Part shown: positions 31,043 to 40,593 of the stretch, piece after piece | How the letters are laid out: every line of letters begins with the position of its first letter | How positions within the stretch are numbered: position 1 is the first letter of the stretch | Origin: an uncultured Planctomycetota bacterium | Lineage (GTDB): Bacteria; Planctomycetota; Planctomycetia; Isosphaerales; Isosphaeraceae | Direction: 5' to 3' | DNA: 64,000 nucleotides | Assembly: GCA_963823665.1 (NCBI GenBank) | Contig: CAWGMQ010000006.1 | Coordinates: 1,664,001-1,728,000, forward strand | Translations under genes and position numbers: made by a program | Notes under the pieces: generated by a model | What the model saw: only the letters and a program-made list of their open reading frames with translations | Told to the model about the DNA's origin: nothing | Database searches by the model: none

Positions 31043-31453
31043 ATGAGCGTCGGCGTGGTGAACGATCCGGACACGCAAATCGTGCTGGGAGCCGGCAAAA
31101 CTATCGGCGTATCGGCCAACGGCGCGAGCTCTCCTGAAAGGTCGGTCCTGTTGCTGAGCCGTTTGAAGGCATTTTGGCGCCTGCTCAATCTCCCCTGCCA
31201 GGGGATGTGCCGGCTGGCGTCGGATTCGCTCGACTATGACCTCGGACGCCTGGGGCGCTTTGCGCTGCGGTCGCATCTGCTCTGCTGCACGAGTTGCCGC
31301 CGCTTCGAGCGCCAGATCAGGTTCCTTCGGTTCGCCATGCGGCGGTTCCCAGGGCAAGTTGAGGACGGAAAGCTCATTCCCGGTACCTATATGCCAGACG
31401 AAGTGCGTGAGCGGATCAGCCGCGCCCTCACGCGTGAAGATTTGCACCACTGA
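31043..31453 (+). CDS. Orphan zf-HC2 anti-sigma-like protein
   Basis: WRLLNLPCQGMCRLASDSLD..LRSHLLCCTSCRR, similar to 27122..27433; no adjacent sigma. Confidence 0.7.
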   Translation: MSVGVVNDPDTQIVLGAGKTIGVSANGASSPERSVLLLSRLKAFWRLLNLPCQGMCRLASDSLDYDLGRLGRFALRSHLLCCTSCRRFERQIRFLRFAMRRFPGQVEDGKLIPGTYMPDEVRERISRALTREDLHH

Positions 31454-31831
31454 TCTTTTGTACGCGCTCGCCGAGGAATTTTAGCAGTTGCTGTCAGGAA
31501 TCGGACTGCCGACCGACTCAACTGTGCAGCCTTAATTCGTCATCAAGCGTTTCGGCGGCTTCGCCCCGGGATGGTTCGGGTCAACGGCCGTACCGTCCCG
31601 CTCGCCATTTCACCGGCGGGTGCATGATCCGTTTTATCCCGGGCGGTGCGGCCGTCTTCTCTTTCCCAAGATGGAGCCTGCAAGCGCGATTGATCGTACG
31701 AAGTTCGCACCGAAATAGGAGTCGGAGTGGCGTTTTCTCCCATCGCGAATTCGAATGCAGGTTGCGGTCGAGGCAGTCAGTCCACATCGGACGCAATAGG
31801 CAACGGGGTCCAACCCAAGGAGGAACATCCC

Positions 31832-32044
31832 ATGCTCGTTCTCAGTCGCAAGTTTGGCGAACGGATTCTGATACCGCAATTTGAGTTGACGTTCTCCGTG
31901 GTCGGGATCGACGGCAACACGGTGAAGCTCGGGATTACCGCGCCGACGAATGTCAGTGTTTACCGTGAGGAGCTATGGCGCAAGGTCCGTATGCAGCAGG
32001 GCGCGCGCCTGGCTCTTGGTGGCACGGACCCCATATCGACGTGA
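31832..32044 (+). CDS. csrA: Carbon storage regulator CsrA-family protein
   Basis: MLVLSRKFGERILI..VKLGITAP..VYREE. Confidence 0.9.
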   Translation: MLVLSRKFGERILIPQFELTFSVVGIDGNTVKLGITAPTNVSVYREELWRKVRMQQGARLALGGTDPIST

Positions 32045-32102
32045 CTTTATGATGGGTCGCCACTAGTTTTCGACGCAGTTTCACCCTTGTTTGGAGCATG
32101 CA

Positions 32103-32747
32103 ATGAGTGGCCTCGGAAGATTGATGTTCAGGATGACCTCCCTCGCGCTCGCCCTGGGACTTGTGACCTCCCGGCCTGCGAAGGCCTATTCGGAGGTCTC
32201 TTATTCAACGAGCGGCACGTTTGATGTAAATTCGACGACCGGCTCGCTGATCGAGCTCACTAAGGGCAAGTTCACCATCGAATTGTTTTATACTGGGACC
32301 ACCCAGACGAATCTGGCGGTCCCCGACTCGACGGCCCCGTTCGGCACTTTCACCATCGACGTTGTGGAAAACGGAAAGGCCAACCTCAGCACGAGCGGTA
32401 CTTTTGACTTGACGCTCAGCCAAACTGACCCAACGATCAGCAACGAAACATTCACTACCGATATCTCCGGGTCCGTCAAGCTTGGAACGTCGAACGATGT
32501 GACAATTACGTTTAATTCGCCGCCCAACCCAATTACCTTCGGAGCGATTACTTATACGCTACCAGGCTCAATCACGCTGGCCTCCCCTCCCGCCAACACG
32601 GCTTTTGCGTTCTCCACCACGGATCTGACAGCGAACATCAGCAGCGTGCCCGAACCGTCGTCTCTGCTTCTTCTCGCAAGCGCTGGGGCCGCAATGGGAC
32701 TGGTCTATGCTGGCTGGCGTTGCCGAAGGAAGAGGGCACTTATTTGA
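32103..32747 (+). CDS. PEP-CTERM sorting domain protein
   Basis: Signal peptide, Ser/Thr-rich, VPEPSSLLLL-TM-RRKR. Confidence 0.88.
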   Translation: MSGLGRLMFRMTSLALALGLVTSRPAKAYSEVSYSTSGTFDVNSTTGSLIELTKGKFTIELFYTGTTQTNLAVPDSTAPFGTFTIDVVENGKANLSTSGTFDLTLSQTDPTISNETFTTDISGSVKLGTSNDVTITFNSPPNPITFGAITYTLPGSITLASPPANTAFAFSTTDLTANISSVPEPSSLLLLASAGAAMGLVYAGWRCRRKRALI

Positions 32748-32749
32748 CT

Positions 32750-33264
32750 CTCCGCAGGAATATCAGCCCGAGGAACGGGTGGTAGGCGGGACTGAGGTGG
32801 ATACGCCCGTGACCAGTCGTGGGCAAACCCCCGAAACCTGTCTCGGCTATGAGCGCGGCGATCACTACACCAGCCCGGAGCCGGAAGCGCATGATGTAGC
32901 ACGATCCTACAGCCTGCCTGAATTCCTGCCTTCCGATCATTGGGCGCTCAAGGGAAAATGGAAAGTCGAAGGCCAACGCATCGTCGCGCAAGAAGCCGAT
33001 GCGAGCTTGCAACTTAATTTTAGTTCCGGTAAGGACTTTCTCGTGCTGGGCACAGAGGGTAATCAGCCGGTGAAGGCCATCATCACGCTCAATGGCGATC
33101 CGTTAAGGGAGGCAGCTAGCAAAGATGCACTTGGCGGTTCGCTCACCGTCAAACAGCATACGCTCTATGAATTAATCACTCAGAAATCACCCACCAACGG
33201 CATGCTCGAAATCACCGCCACCGCGCCGGGGCTGGAAGCCTACGCCTGTACATTTGGCAGTTAA
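32750..33264 (+). pseudogene. C-terminal domain fragment of a DipZ-like cytochrome c biogenesis/redoxin protein
   Basis: TPETCLGYER, WALKGKW, LVLG, LYELI, GLEAYACTFG; no N-terminal domains or clear start. Confidence 0.6.
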
Positions 33265-33288
33265 CAACCATCATTTAAGGAGAAGATT

Positions 33289-33600
33289 ATGACCAAAGAT
33301 GTGAAACTCGGAATCCTGGCAACGTTGAAAGCCAAACCCGGAAAGGAAGACGATGTTGCACGGTTTTTGACGAGCGCCCTCTCGCTGGCCAATCAGGAAG
33401 CAGGCACTACGGTCTGGTTCGCCATGCGATTAGATGTGAGCACTTTTACTATATTCGATGCGTTTGCCGACGAAGCCGGACGTGAAGCCCATCTTTCTGG
33501 GCCGATTGCAGCGGCATTGATGGCAAAATGGCAGGATTTGCTGGCAGAAGCGCCAAGCATAAGAAAGGCTGATGTCCTCGCTGCAAAACTTGTCGGTTAG
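33289..33600 (+). CDS. Antibiotic biosynthesis monooxygenase (ABM)/putative quinol monooxygenase
   Basis: LKAKPGKE, IFDAFADEAGREAHLSG; AAGGAG RBS. Confidence 0.85.
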   Translation: MTKDVKLGILATLKAKPGKEDDVARFLTSALSLANQEAGTTVWFAMRLDVSTFTIFDAFADEAGREAHLSGPIAAALMAKWQDLLAEAPSIRKADVLAAKLVG

Positions 33601-33783
33601 CGGTTTTGTGACGGAGGATTGTTGGGTTGTCTGTTGCCATTAGCGCGAAAATAATTCCCGCGCCCTGGTGCGCCAATTGGAAAGCCGCTGGTCACGGGCT
33701 CTTGGTGCGATAACGCGGTACAATCGCCTCGATGCTTGCATTTGTAGCGGATTGCGACAATTCGCTCAAAAAAGGCGCCGGGC

Positions 33784-33799
33784 TGGCATGGCCTGTGCA
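33784..33799 (+). promoter_or_regulatory. Putative sigma54 -24/-12 promoter
   Basis: TGGCATG-GCCT-GTGCA (GG-N10-GC) upstream of the Csp gene. Confidence 0.5.
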
Positions 33800-33879
33800 T
33801 CTCCTGACCACGGGCTTGTTGTCGGACTTTCACGGGCGCGCTTTCGGATTTCCACCCTTTTGTGCAGTAGGAGGACATC

Positions 33880-34332
33880 ATGATTCGTCGAGAACTGTTC
33901 GGAGCCTTGAGCGTTACAGCCGCCGGGTTGATGGGAGCGATCGGCCGGGTCGCCCAGGCCGGTGACCAGGACCACCACCAGGACGAAGTTCACGAAGGAT
34001 GCCTCAAGAACTGCCAGGCCTGCAAGCGGGAGTGCGACGAGGCGTTCCACTTCTGCGCTTTCGAATTGGCGGAAGGCAAGAAGGAGTATGCCAGGGCCCT
34101 CCACCTGGTCGCCGATTGCGCCGCGTTCTGCGACCTTTCCGCGACGCTCATCGCCCGCCAGAGCCCGCTCATGGTTCACGCTTGCGCGGCCTGCGCAAAG
34201 GCTTGTCAGGACTGTGGGGCCGAATGCGACAAATTCACGGACGCGGCGCTGAAGGAATGCGCCAAAGCCTGCCACGACTGCGAGGCGTCTTGCCGATCAA
34301 TGATCAAGTCGTCGGGCGACCATCATTCTTGA
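33880..34332 (+). CDS. Tat-exported four-helix-bundle copper storage protein (Csp/DUF326)
   Basis: IRRELF signal; repeated CxxxCxxC helices. Confidence 0.88.
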   Translation: MIRRELFGALSVTAAGLMGAIGRVAQAGDQDHHQDEVHEGCLKNCQACKRECDEAFHFCAFELAEGKKEYARALHLVADCAAFCDLSATLIARQSPLMVHACAACAKACQDCGAECDKFTDAALKECAKACHDCEASCRSMIKSSGDHHS

Positions 34333-34355
34333 GACTCAGCGCGGAGGTGGAGACC

Positions 34356-35668
34356 TCAAACCGACGCTTCAATCGCCGGCCGCACTTTGCACCACGCGGC
34401 CTCGATATCGTCCCGATCCAGTTGGCCCAAGATCCTCGTCGCGGCCGCCTCCCTAACCGCGTCCGCCTGAGCCGTGAGCGCCTGCGCGCGGCATCCGTGG
34501 GCATCCGCGGTGTGATTCGCCGGATGGCATCAAGGATCCGGATCAGCACAGCCGGGTTATCCGCGGCGGCTTGGCGTATCTGATCGAACGCCGTCTTGAC
34601 CACTCGCTCGAGCCGAAGCGGAGGCACTCGCACCCGCAGCTTGCCGCGGCCGTCGTACCAGCATCCGTCGCTCAGGGACACATCCGCAACGCAGAGCAGC
34701 GCGTCCGCCACCCAATCGACGCACCCCACACCCGTGAACGTATCGTTGACCGCCGGCGAAAGCGCGCGGATCGCGATCTCGACGATCTGCGCAATGCCGA
34801 ATTCGCAGTCCTGCGCGAGAACGCGGTGTCTTCCGATGCGCACATGTCGCCCGACCAAGCCGTCGAGGTCGGCAAGTCGGTGGGGCGGCCAGACACACGC
34901 GAGTGGCTCGCCACTCAGCACAAACTGCCCCGGTCTATACAGGACGTGAATGACGGTCTCCGTCCGAAGGGCCGCGGCCACCAGGGCCGCGCGGTCGATC
35001 TCCTGAACGTAACCGCTGTGCTTGCACGTGACGGTCTGCCCTTGGCCGATCTGCTGCGCGACGACCTCCGAACGAACGCGCTCGCCGCTTCCCTGGTGAG
35101 GCCCGCGCGCGTGCGCCTGGATCACGGTGGGCCGCATGTCGTCGACGATGCGCGCGATCATGTCCGGATTCTGGAGGGAAGCGGCGATGCGATGGCTGTA
35201 ATAGATCAGGAACCCAAAACTTGCGATCACCAGGAACCAGCTCGTGATGAGAGAAACCTCGGGAATAAAGGTCGAGTGCGAGTCCTGATGGGTCACCAGA
35301 AACACCAGACACAGATAGATGAAAGTGGCCATGAACAGGCCGATGGTGGCCTGCGTGACCCAATCCTGGAGGAATCGATAGAGGAGGCGCGGACCGAATA
35401 GCGTGGCGACCATCGAAAGCACGAGGAGCGCGACGGAGAAGATCAGCGCCAGGACCGTGCTCACGCAACTGAGCATTGCGCTCAGGATGGCGCGCGCGTC
35501 GTCAATGCCACCCATGGTGAACCATTCGGGAAGATGAATGGCACCACGAGCATCCAGGACATCCGGAATCATGGTGAGCCCGAACAAGACGAGGCTCGCC
35601 AGCGAGAATTTCAAAGGGATCCGCCAGAGATTCACGTCTGAGGAGCGACCGACGGGAGCAGAGCGCAC
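34356..35668 (-). CDS. DUF2254 family membrane protein, probable frameshift near 34480
   Basis: ARAILS, FGPRLL, SGYVQ, AIRALSPAVND; AAGGAG RBS before GTG 35668. Confidence 0.8.
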
Positions 35669-35682
35669 CAGGGCGTCTCCTT

Positions 35683-35868
35683 CTATTTGTGGCCGCCGCT
35701 GCGGTGCCGGCACGTGATGAAGCCGTGGTTGTTCCGCCCGCCAGTCTTTTTCAGCGGGGCAGTCAGTCTCTTCTCGGGCTTCTTGTTCTTGTCGGTCAAC
35801 TCGGAAAAATCGCTCACGGACGCGAACCGTCGCCCGGCGCTCGTCGGTTTGTAAAATCGGATGCCCAT
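35683..35868 (-). CDS. rplB: Stand-alone N-terminal 61 aa of 50S ribosomal protein L2 (truncated copy)
   Basis: [34 protein letters not shown] then TAG; no L2 similarity after the stop; no S10-operon neighbours. Confidence 0.85.
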   Translation of the reverse strand: MGIRFYKPTSAGRRFASVSDFSELTDKNKKPEKRLTAPLKKTGGRNNHGFITCRHRSGGHK

Positions 35869-35982
35869 CGCGCCGTCTCACTTTCTCGTCTGCCCGGGAC
35901 TCAGCATGACGGACCGGTCCCGGTCGTGATCCAATTCGAACTTGCACGGAGAATCGCGGAGTCCGTATGAACGAATTGCTCG

Positions 35983-36066
35983 CTACCAGCCGCCACCGCT
36001 GGTGAGGAACAGTCGGAGAAAGAGGTCGTGCTCAGAATGAGAGTTGTTGATTTTGAATCTGAGCAT
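35983..36066 (-). CDS. 27-aa peptide MLRFKINNSHSEHDLFLRLFLTSGGGW
   Basis: GAGGT RBS; paralog of 36295..36378 with synonymous differences. Confidence 0.7.
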   Translation of the reverse strand: MLRFKINNSHSEHDLFLRLFLTSGGGW

Positions 36067-36110
36067 GGATACCTCGACGGATGAGGTTCTGACCCTCGAC
36101 CATCCCACGA

Positions 36111-36252
36111 ATTCTATGAATCGCCCTGGCAAGCCGTCAACGAAAATCGCCCTTCGAAGAAATGGCCAGCAGCCTCGAGCCGCGGCTGCCGCCAAATGCG
36201 CGCCGGCCGCCGGCGATTTTCGTTGACATCGCGCGAAGCCGATCGATAAGAT
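36111..36252. promoter_or_regulatory. Mirror-image divergent sigma70 promoters sharing a 16-bp element
   Basis: Minus TTGACG-N18-TAGAAT (36140-36111); plus TTGACA-N18-TAAGAT (36223-36252); perfect IR GTCAACGAAAATCGCC 36136-36151 / 36212-36227. Confidence 0.75.
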
Positions 36253-36294
36253 TCTGCGGAGTCAGTGTTAATCAGACTCGCATCTGAGGATTCG

Positions 36295-36378
36295 ATGCTC
36301 CGACAAACATTCAGCCACATCCGCTCTGAGCACGACCTCTTCATCCGCCTCTTCCTCACCGGCGGCGGCGGCTGGTAA
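36295..36378 (+). CDS. 27-aa peptide MLRQTFSHIRSEHDLFIRLFLTGGGGW
   Basis: GAGGA RBS; paralog of 35983..36066. Confidence 0.7.
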   Translation: MLRQTFSHIRSEHDLFIRLFLTGGGGW

Positions 36379-36653
36379 GTATCGGGCTCCGCGCCCTTTC
36401 GCGTCTTCGCCCCACTCCCTTGCCGGCGCGCGCGACTCGATGCGCCGCAAACACCCGGTCTGCGCGCGCACCGTCGTGACCAATCGCCTCATCAGGCACT
36501 TCGCAAGCATGCAAAACGCGTCGGGGCGATCGTGCGAGTTGCAGCGATTTTCGGGCAAATCGCACGGGTTTGTCCCCGGTGAGCCCGCCTTGACTTTCGA
36601 GTAAATCCGTAAAGTATCCCCGCGCAATCACATCCGAGTTATCACAATACGTT

Positions 36654-36669
36654 TGGCACAACGAATGCA
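36654..36669 (+). promoter_or_regulatory. Putative sigma54 promoter
   Basis: TGGCACA-ACGA-ATGCA (GG-N10-GC) about 45 nt upstream of 36715. Confidence 0.6.
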
Positions 36670-36714
36670 TGATTCGACCTCGGGTGCGAAGGATTCCCAG
36701 AAAGGATATCAACC

Positions 36715-37179
36715 ATGCTCAGACGATTTTCTCTTGTTGTTGTGACCGCCGCATGCTTGCCCGCCGCAAGCGGGTGCGGCAATTCCGCCGGCCTTGTTCC
36801 GGTCTCGGGAAAGGTGTCGTACAAGGGCGATCCGGCCGCGGGTGCGGTCGTTTACTTCCAGCGCGCCGATAGCCATCCCTCCTCGCACGAGCTTGTGCCG
36901 TTCGGGGTCGTGCAGAAAGACGGGGGCTTTTCGCTCTCTTCTGAGGGGCTCGGATCGGGCGCGCCGCCCGGAAGCTACAACGTCTTGATCGAGTGGAGAG
37001 ATGGAACAGAAAACGGTGTGGTCCCCGTCAAGGGCAAACCAAACCTCGTAAAACGCACTCGCATCCACGCCGGCCCGGACAGGCTGGGTGGGCGATATTT
37101 CAACGTCAGCAAGCCGCTGCTCACGGCCGAGGTCAAACCCGGGTCGAACCCACTTCTGGCGTTCGAGCTCAAGGACTGA
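36715..37179 (+). CDS. Planctomycete lipoprotein (carboxypeptidase regulatory-like domain), DUF1559 companion
   Basis: Lipobox ASGC; PVSGKVSYKG.P..GA.V.F; GAPPGSY.V. Confidence 0.8.
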   Translation: MLRRFSLVVVTAACLPAASGCGNSAGLVPVSGKVSYKGDPAAGAVVYFQRADSHPSSHELVPFGVVQKDGGFSLSSEGLGSGAPPGSYNVLIEWRDGTENGVVPVKGKPNLVKRTRIHAGPDRLGGRYFNVSKPLLTAEVKPGSNPLLAFELKD

Positions 37180-37268
37180 CCGGAGCAACAACTGAATACT
37201 GTGGCGCCGTGTGGGCGCCAAAGCTCAAGCGAAGCGAAGAATTGCATCTTTGAATTGGAGAAACGCCA

Positions 37269-38417
37269 ATGAATGGACTGCGTCGTTCGATTAAACCCCG
37301 TGGGTTCACTTTGATCGAGCTCCTGGTCGTGATCTCGATCATCGCCGTGCTGATCGCTCTCTTGCTGCCGGCTGTACAAGCGGCGCGTGAGTCTGCGCGG
37401 CGATCGCAGTGCATCAACAACTTGAAGCAGATCGGGTTGGCCACGCTCAACTTCGAAACCACTTACGGCGCGTTGCCTTCGGACAGCCCCAGACTTGCGG
37501 TCCCTGACCCGAACGCCGATGCCCAGGCCGCGATTCCCACAATCACATGCTCGTACCTGACCCAGATTCTGCCTTTCATGGATCAGTCGGTGATCTACAA
37601 TCAGATCAACCTGCTTCAGGCCGCCTCCGATACCGCCAACATCCCGCCGTGCACGGGCCCCGGGGCTCTGCACTCGGGCAATAACTCGGCGTACTCGCAG
37701 GCGATCAGCGTGTTCCTGTGTCCGTCGTCGCCAGGGCCGGCGACGATCAATTACTACAACGCGTTCTGGGGCCCGTATGGCGACGGCGGCGGCGACACCT
37801 GCACGCCTGGATCGCCGGCTCCAATCGGCGGAGTGACAAACCTCAATCCGCCCCCCACGCAGATCTGGGGGAGAACTGACTACTTCCCGATCCCGGGGCT
37901 CCACAACACGGCCCTTCTGGCCGCGGGAATGAGTGCCACTTACATCGCCGCGGTGGGCGAAGGCAAAGACTCGGGCACGCTGACCAATCCCCTGATCACC
38001 GGCAAGATCCGCATGGCTTCGATCACCGACGGCAGCTCGAACACCATGATGGTTTCCGAATGCGGCTCGAAGCCGATCGGTTACAACGGATTCCGCCAGA
38101 TTTATCTGTCGGAAGTCAACGGCCTGCCCGTCGACGGCGTGATCGAGCCCGTCTCGAGCGCTGGCGGCGCCTGGGCCGACAATTTCACCTACTCGAGCCT
38201 GGCCGGTGCGCAGGGGCGCTTGACCGGAGTTCGAGGCGGCACGTGCATGGTGAACTGCACCAGCAACAACGAGATCTACGCGTTCCATCCCGGCGGTGCG
38301 AACGGCTTGTTTGTCGATGGGTCTGTCCATTTTCTCAAGGACACCTCGTCGGTTCCCTTCATCGCCGCGCTCGTGACCCGCGCCGGCGGCGAGATGATCA
38401 GCAGCGACCAGTATTGA
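37269..38417 (+). CDS. DUF1559 prepilin-type N-terminal cleavage/methylation protein
   Basis: [48 protein letters not shown]. Confidence 0.95.
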   Translation: MNGLRRSIKPRGFTLIELLVVISIIAVLIALLLPAVQAARESARRSQCINNLKQIGLATLNFETTYGALPSDSPRLAVPDPNADAQAAIPTITCSYLTQILPFMDQSVIYNQINLLQAASDTANIPPCTGPGALHSGNNSAYSQAISVFLCPSSPGPATINYYNAFWGPYGDGGGDTCTPGSPAPIGGVTNLNPPPTQIWGRTDYFPIPGLHNTALLAAGMSATYIAAVGEGKDSGTLTNPLITGKIRMASITDGSSNTMMVSECGSKPIGYNGFRQIYLSEVNGLPVDGVIEPVSSAGGAWADNFTYSSLAGAQGRLTGVRGGTCMVNCTSNNEIYAFHPGGANGLFVDGSVHFLKDTSSVPFIAALVTRAGGEMISSDQY

Positions 38418-38522
38418 TCTGATCCGGTCGCAGCGAATCCGTGACGCTTGAGCGCCTTTGCGGCGAGCGCCGACGCGAGTCGGCCCGCCGCAAGGGCGTG
38501 CTTCCCCTATCGCTAACGACAG

Positions 38523-40592
38523 ATGAGACAAAACTCCAGCACCTCCGCGCTCTTCATCGTGTTCTGCACGATCGTCGTCGGCCCCGGTTGCAGCCGGCAA
38601 GACATCGAGCCCTCGCCGCCGGTTCAGCCGGTGAGCGCCGAACGAGTTGAGCTCGATTTTCTGCTCGCAAACGAATCCGTTCGCGCCAAGACCCACAAGA
38701 CGCAATCACGCCCCGCGCCCGATTTCGCCCGGGACGTTGCGCCGCTTTTGGAGAAATACTGCGTGAGCTGCCACGATGCGGCCGGAGCTGAGGGTGGCGT
38801 CATCCTCGAAAACATCTCAACCCGACCGCACGAAAAGCTCACGCCGCTCTTGAAACGCGTGGTAGAGAATCTGCGATCCGAAAGCATGCCGCCCGAGGGA
38901 GAGCCGCGTCCCGACGCGATGGAGCTCGAGATCATCTGCTCCTGGATCGACGGCGCGACCACGAAGCTCGATCACGGTCCCGGCCATCACGCGCCGCGGC
39001 GTCTCAATCGGGCTCAATACAACAACACGATCCGCGACCTGATCGGCCTCGACCTGCGACCGGCCGACGAGTTTCCCTCGGACGACGTCGGATACGGATT
39101 TGACAACATCGGCGACGTGCTATCGACCTCCCCGATCCTGATCGAGATGTATCTCGCCGCCGCCGAAAAGGTGATCGATGTGGCGTTTCAGTCGCCCGAG
39201 CCGCGAGCGAGGATCCTGAATCCCTCCGCCGATTTCATGCCGCTCGCCTTCCGGCGATACACCCCGCCCGTGCGAGCGCCGCGCGATTACAAGGTGCTCC
39301 GGACCGCTCCGGTAACTGCCGATCCCGAGATCCAGCGCCAGCAGCACATCTACAACATCCTGCGGGCGTTCGCCGATCGAGCTTATCGGCGGCCGGCCAC
39401 GCACGACGAGCTCACCCGTCTGCTCGGCATCGTGATCTCGGCCGAAAAGGACGGCGAGACGCAGGATCGCGCCCTCCGGCTCGCACTCGAGGCGGTGCTG
39501 TCCTCACCTCATTTTCTCTTCATCGGCGCGGGTGTGGCGCAGGATGCCGCCCCCGCTGAGCGCGCTTCGCCGCAACACGACTTTGATCTCGCCGTTCGTC
39601 TTTCCTATTTCCTGTGGAGCAGCATGCCCGACGACGAGCTTCTTCGCCTGGCGAGCCAGGGAGCCCTGCGCCGCCCAGGTGCGCTGGAAGCTCAGGTGAA
39701 GCGGATGCTCGGCGATCGCCGGTCTCGAGCCTTGGCCGAGCAGTTTGCCGGCCAGTGGCTGCAAATTCGAAAGCTCGCGACGTTCGAGCCGGACCGAAAG
39801 CTCTTCCCCGAGTTCGACTCGTCACTGAAGGACGCAATGCTCGAGGAAGCGACGCTCTTCTTCGAGTCGATCGTACAAGAAGATAGGACCGTGCTCGATT
39901 TTCTGGAGGCGGATTACACCTTCGTGAGCGGCCGTCTGGCTCGGCACTACGGGATCGCCGGCGTCGAGGGCGAGGCATTTCGCCGCGTCTCGCTCAAAGG
40001 TACGGCTCGCGGCGGCGTGATCACGATGGCGAGCGTACTTGCGGCGACCTCGAGCGCCACGCGGACCTCACCGGTCAAACGCGGCCGTTGGATTCTCGAC
40101 AACATTCTGGGAGCACCTCCCTCGCCGCCGCCGGCCGGCGTGGAAGCGCTCAAGGAAACCCGTGGCCCCGCGGGGACGCTCCGACAGCAACTGGAGCAGC
40201 ACCGGAGCAATCCCGACTGCGCCTCCTGTCATCGGCGGATGGATCCCCTGGGGTTCGCGCTCGAGAACTTTGATTCGCTCGGAAGTTGGCGGGAAAAAGA
40301 GTCGGGCCAGAGCATCGATGCGGAGGGCCGTTTGCCCGGGGGCCGGGCGTTCCGCGGGCCGTCGGGTCTCCGAACGGCCCTGTCGCTTCGCCGTGATGCA
40401 TTCGCCCGCTGCCTGGCCGAGAAGATGCTCACATTCGCGCTGGGCCGCGGAGTCGAGGCGGCGGAAAGCCCCGCGGTGGAGCAGATCGTGCATCGCCTGA
40501 AGCGCAATAACTATCGGTTTTCCGCGCTGGTCCTGGGCATCGTCGAAAGCGAGCCATTCTCGAACGGGTCAAGCCAGGCCGAGGGGCCATGA
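38523..40592 (+). CDS. DUF1592/DUF1588 (PSD, planctomycete cytochrome c) protein
   Basis: CVSCH, MPP, RRLNRAQYNNT, RLSYFLWSSMPD, TSPVKRG, CASCH. Confidence 0.9.
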   Translation: MRQNSSTSALFIVFCTIVVGPGCSRQDIEPSPPVQPVSAERVELDFLLANESVRAKTHKTQSRPAPDFARDVAPLLEKYCVSCHDAAGAEGGVILENISTRPHEKLTPLLKRVVENLRSESMPPEGEPRPDAMELEIICSWIDGATTKLDHGPGHHAPRRLNRAQYNNTIRDLIGLDLRPADEFPSDDVGYGFDNIGDVLSTSPILIEMYLAAAEKVIDVAFQSPEPRARILNPSADFMPLAFRRYTPPVRAPRDYKVLRTAPVTADPEIQRQQHIYNILRAFADRAYRRPATHDELTRLLGIVISAEKDGETQDRALRLALEAVLSSPHFLFIGAGVAQDAAPAERASPQHDFDLAVRLSYFLWSSMPDDELLRLASQGALRRPGALEAQVKRMLGDRRSRALAEQFAGQWLQIRKLATFEPDRKLFPEFDSSLKDAMLEEATLFFESIVQEDRTVLDFLEADYTFVSGRLARHYGIAGVEGEAFRRVSLKGTARGGVITMASVLAATSSATRTSPVKRGRWILDNILGAPPSPPPAGVEALKETRGPAGTLRQQLEQHRSNPDCASCHRRMDPLGFALENFDSLGSWREKESGQSIDAEGRLPGGRAFRGPSGLRTALSLRRDAFARCLAEKMLTFALGRGVEAAESPAVEQIVHRLKRNNYRFSALVLGIVESEPFSNGSSQAEGP

Positions 40593-40593
40593 T

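Noticed and set aside
35669..35947. N-terminal extension of the DUF2254 ORF (547 aa in the track)
   Set aside because: The extension overlaps the L2 fragment in another frame; an RBS-supported GTG at 35668 is a better start
36975..38705. Long antisense ORFs (also 29399..30814, 54500..55900, 10169..11413)
   Set aside because: Shadow frames of well-supported genes in high-GC DNA, with no recognisable motifs
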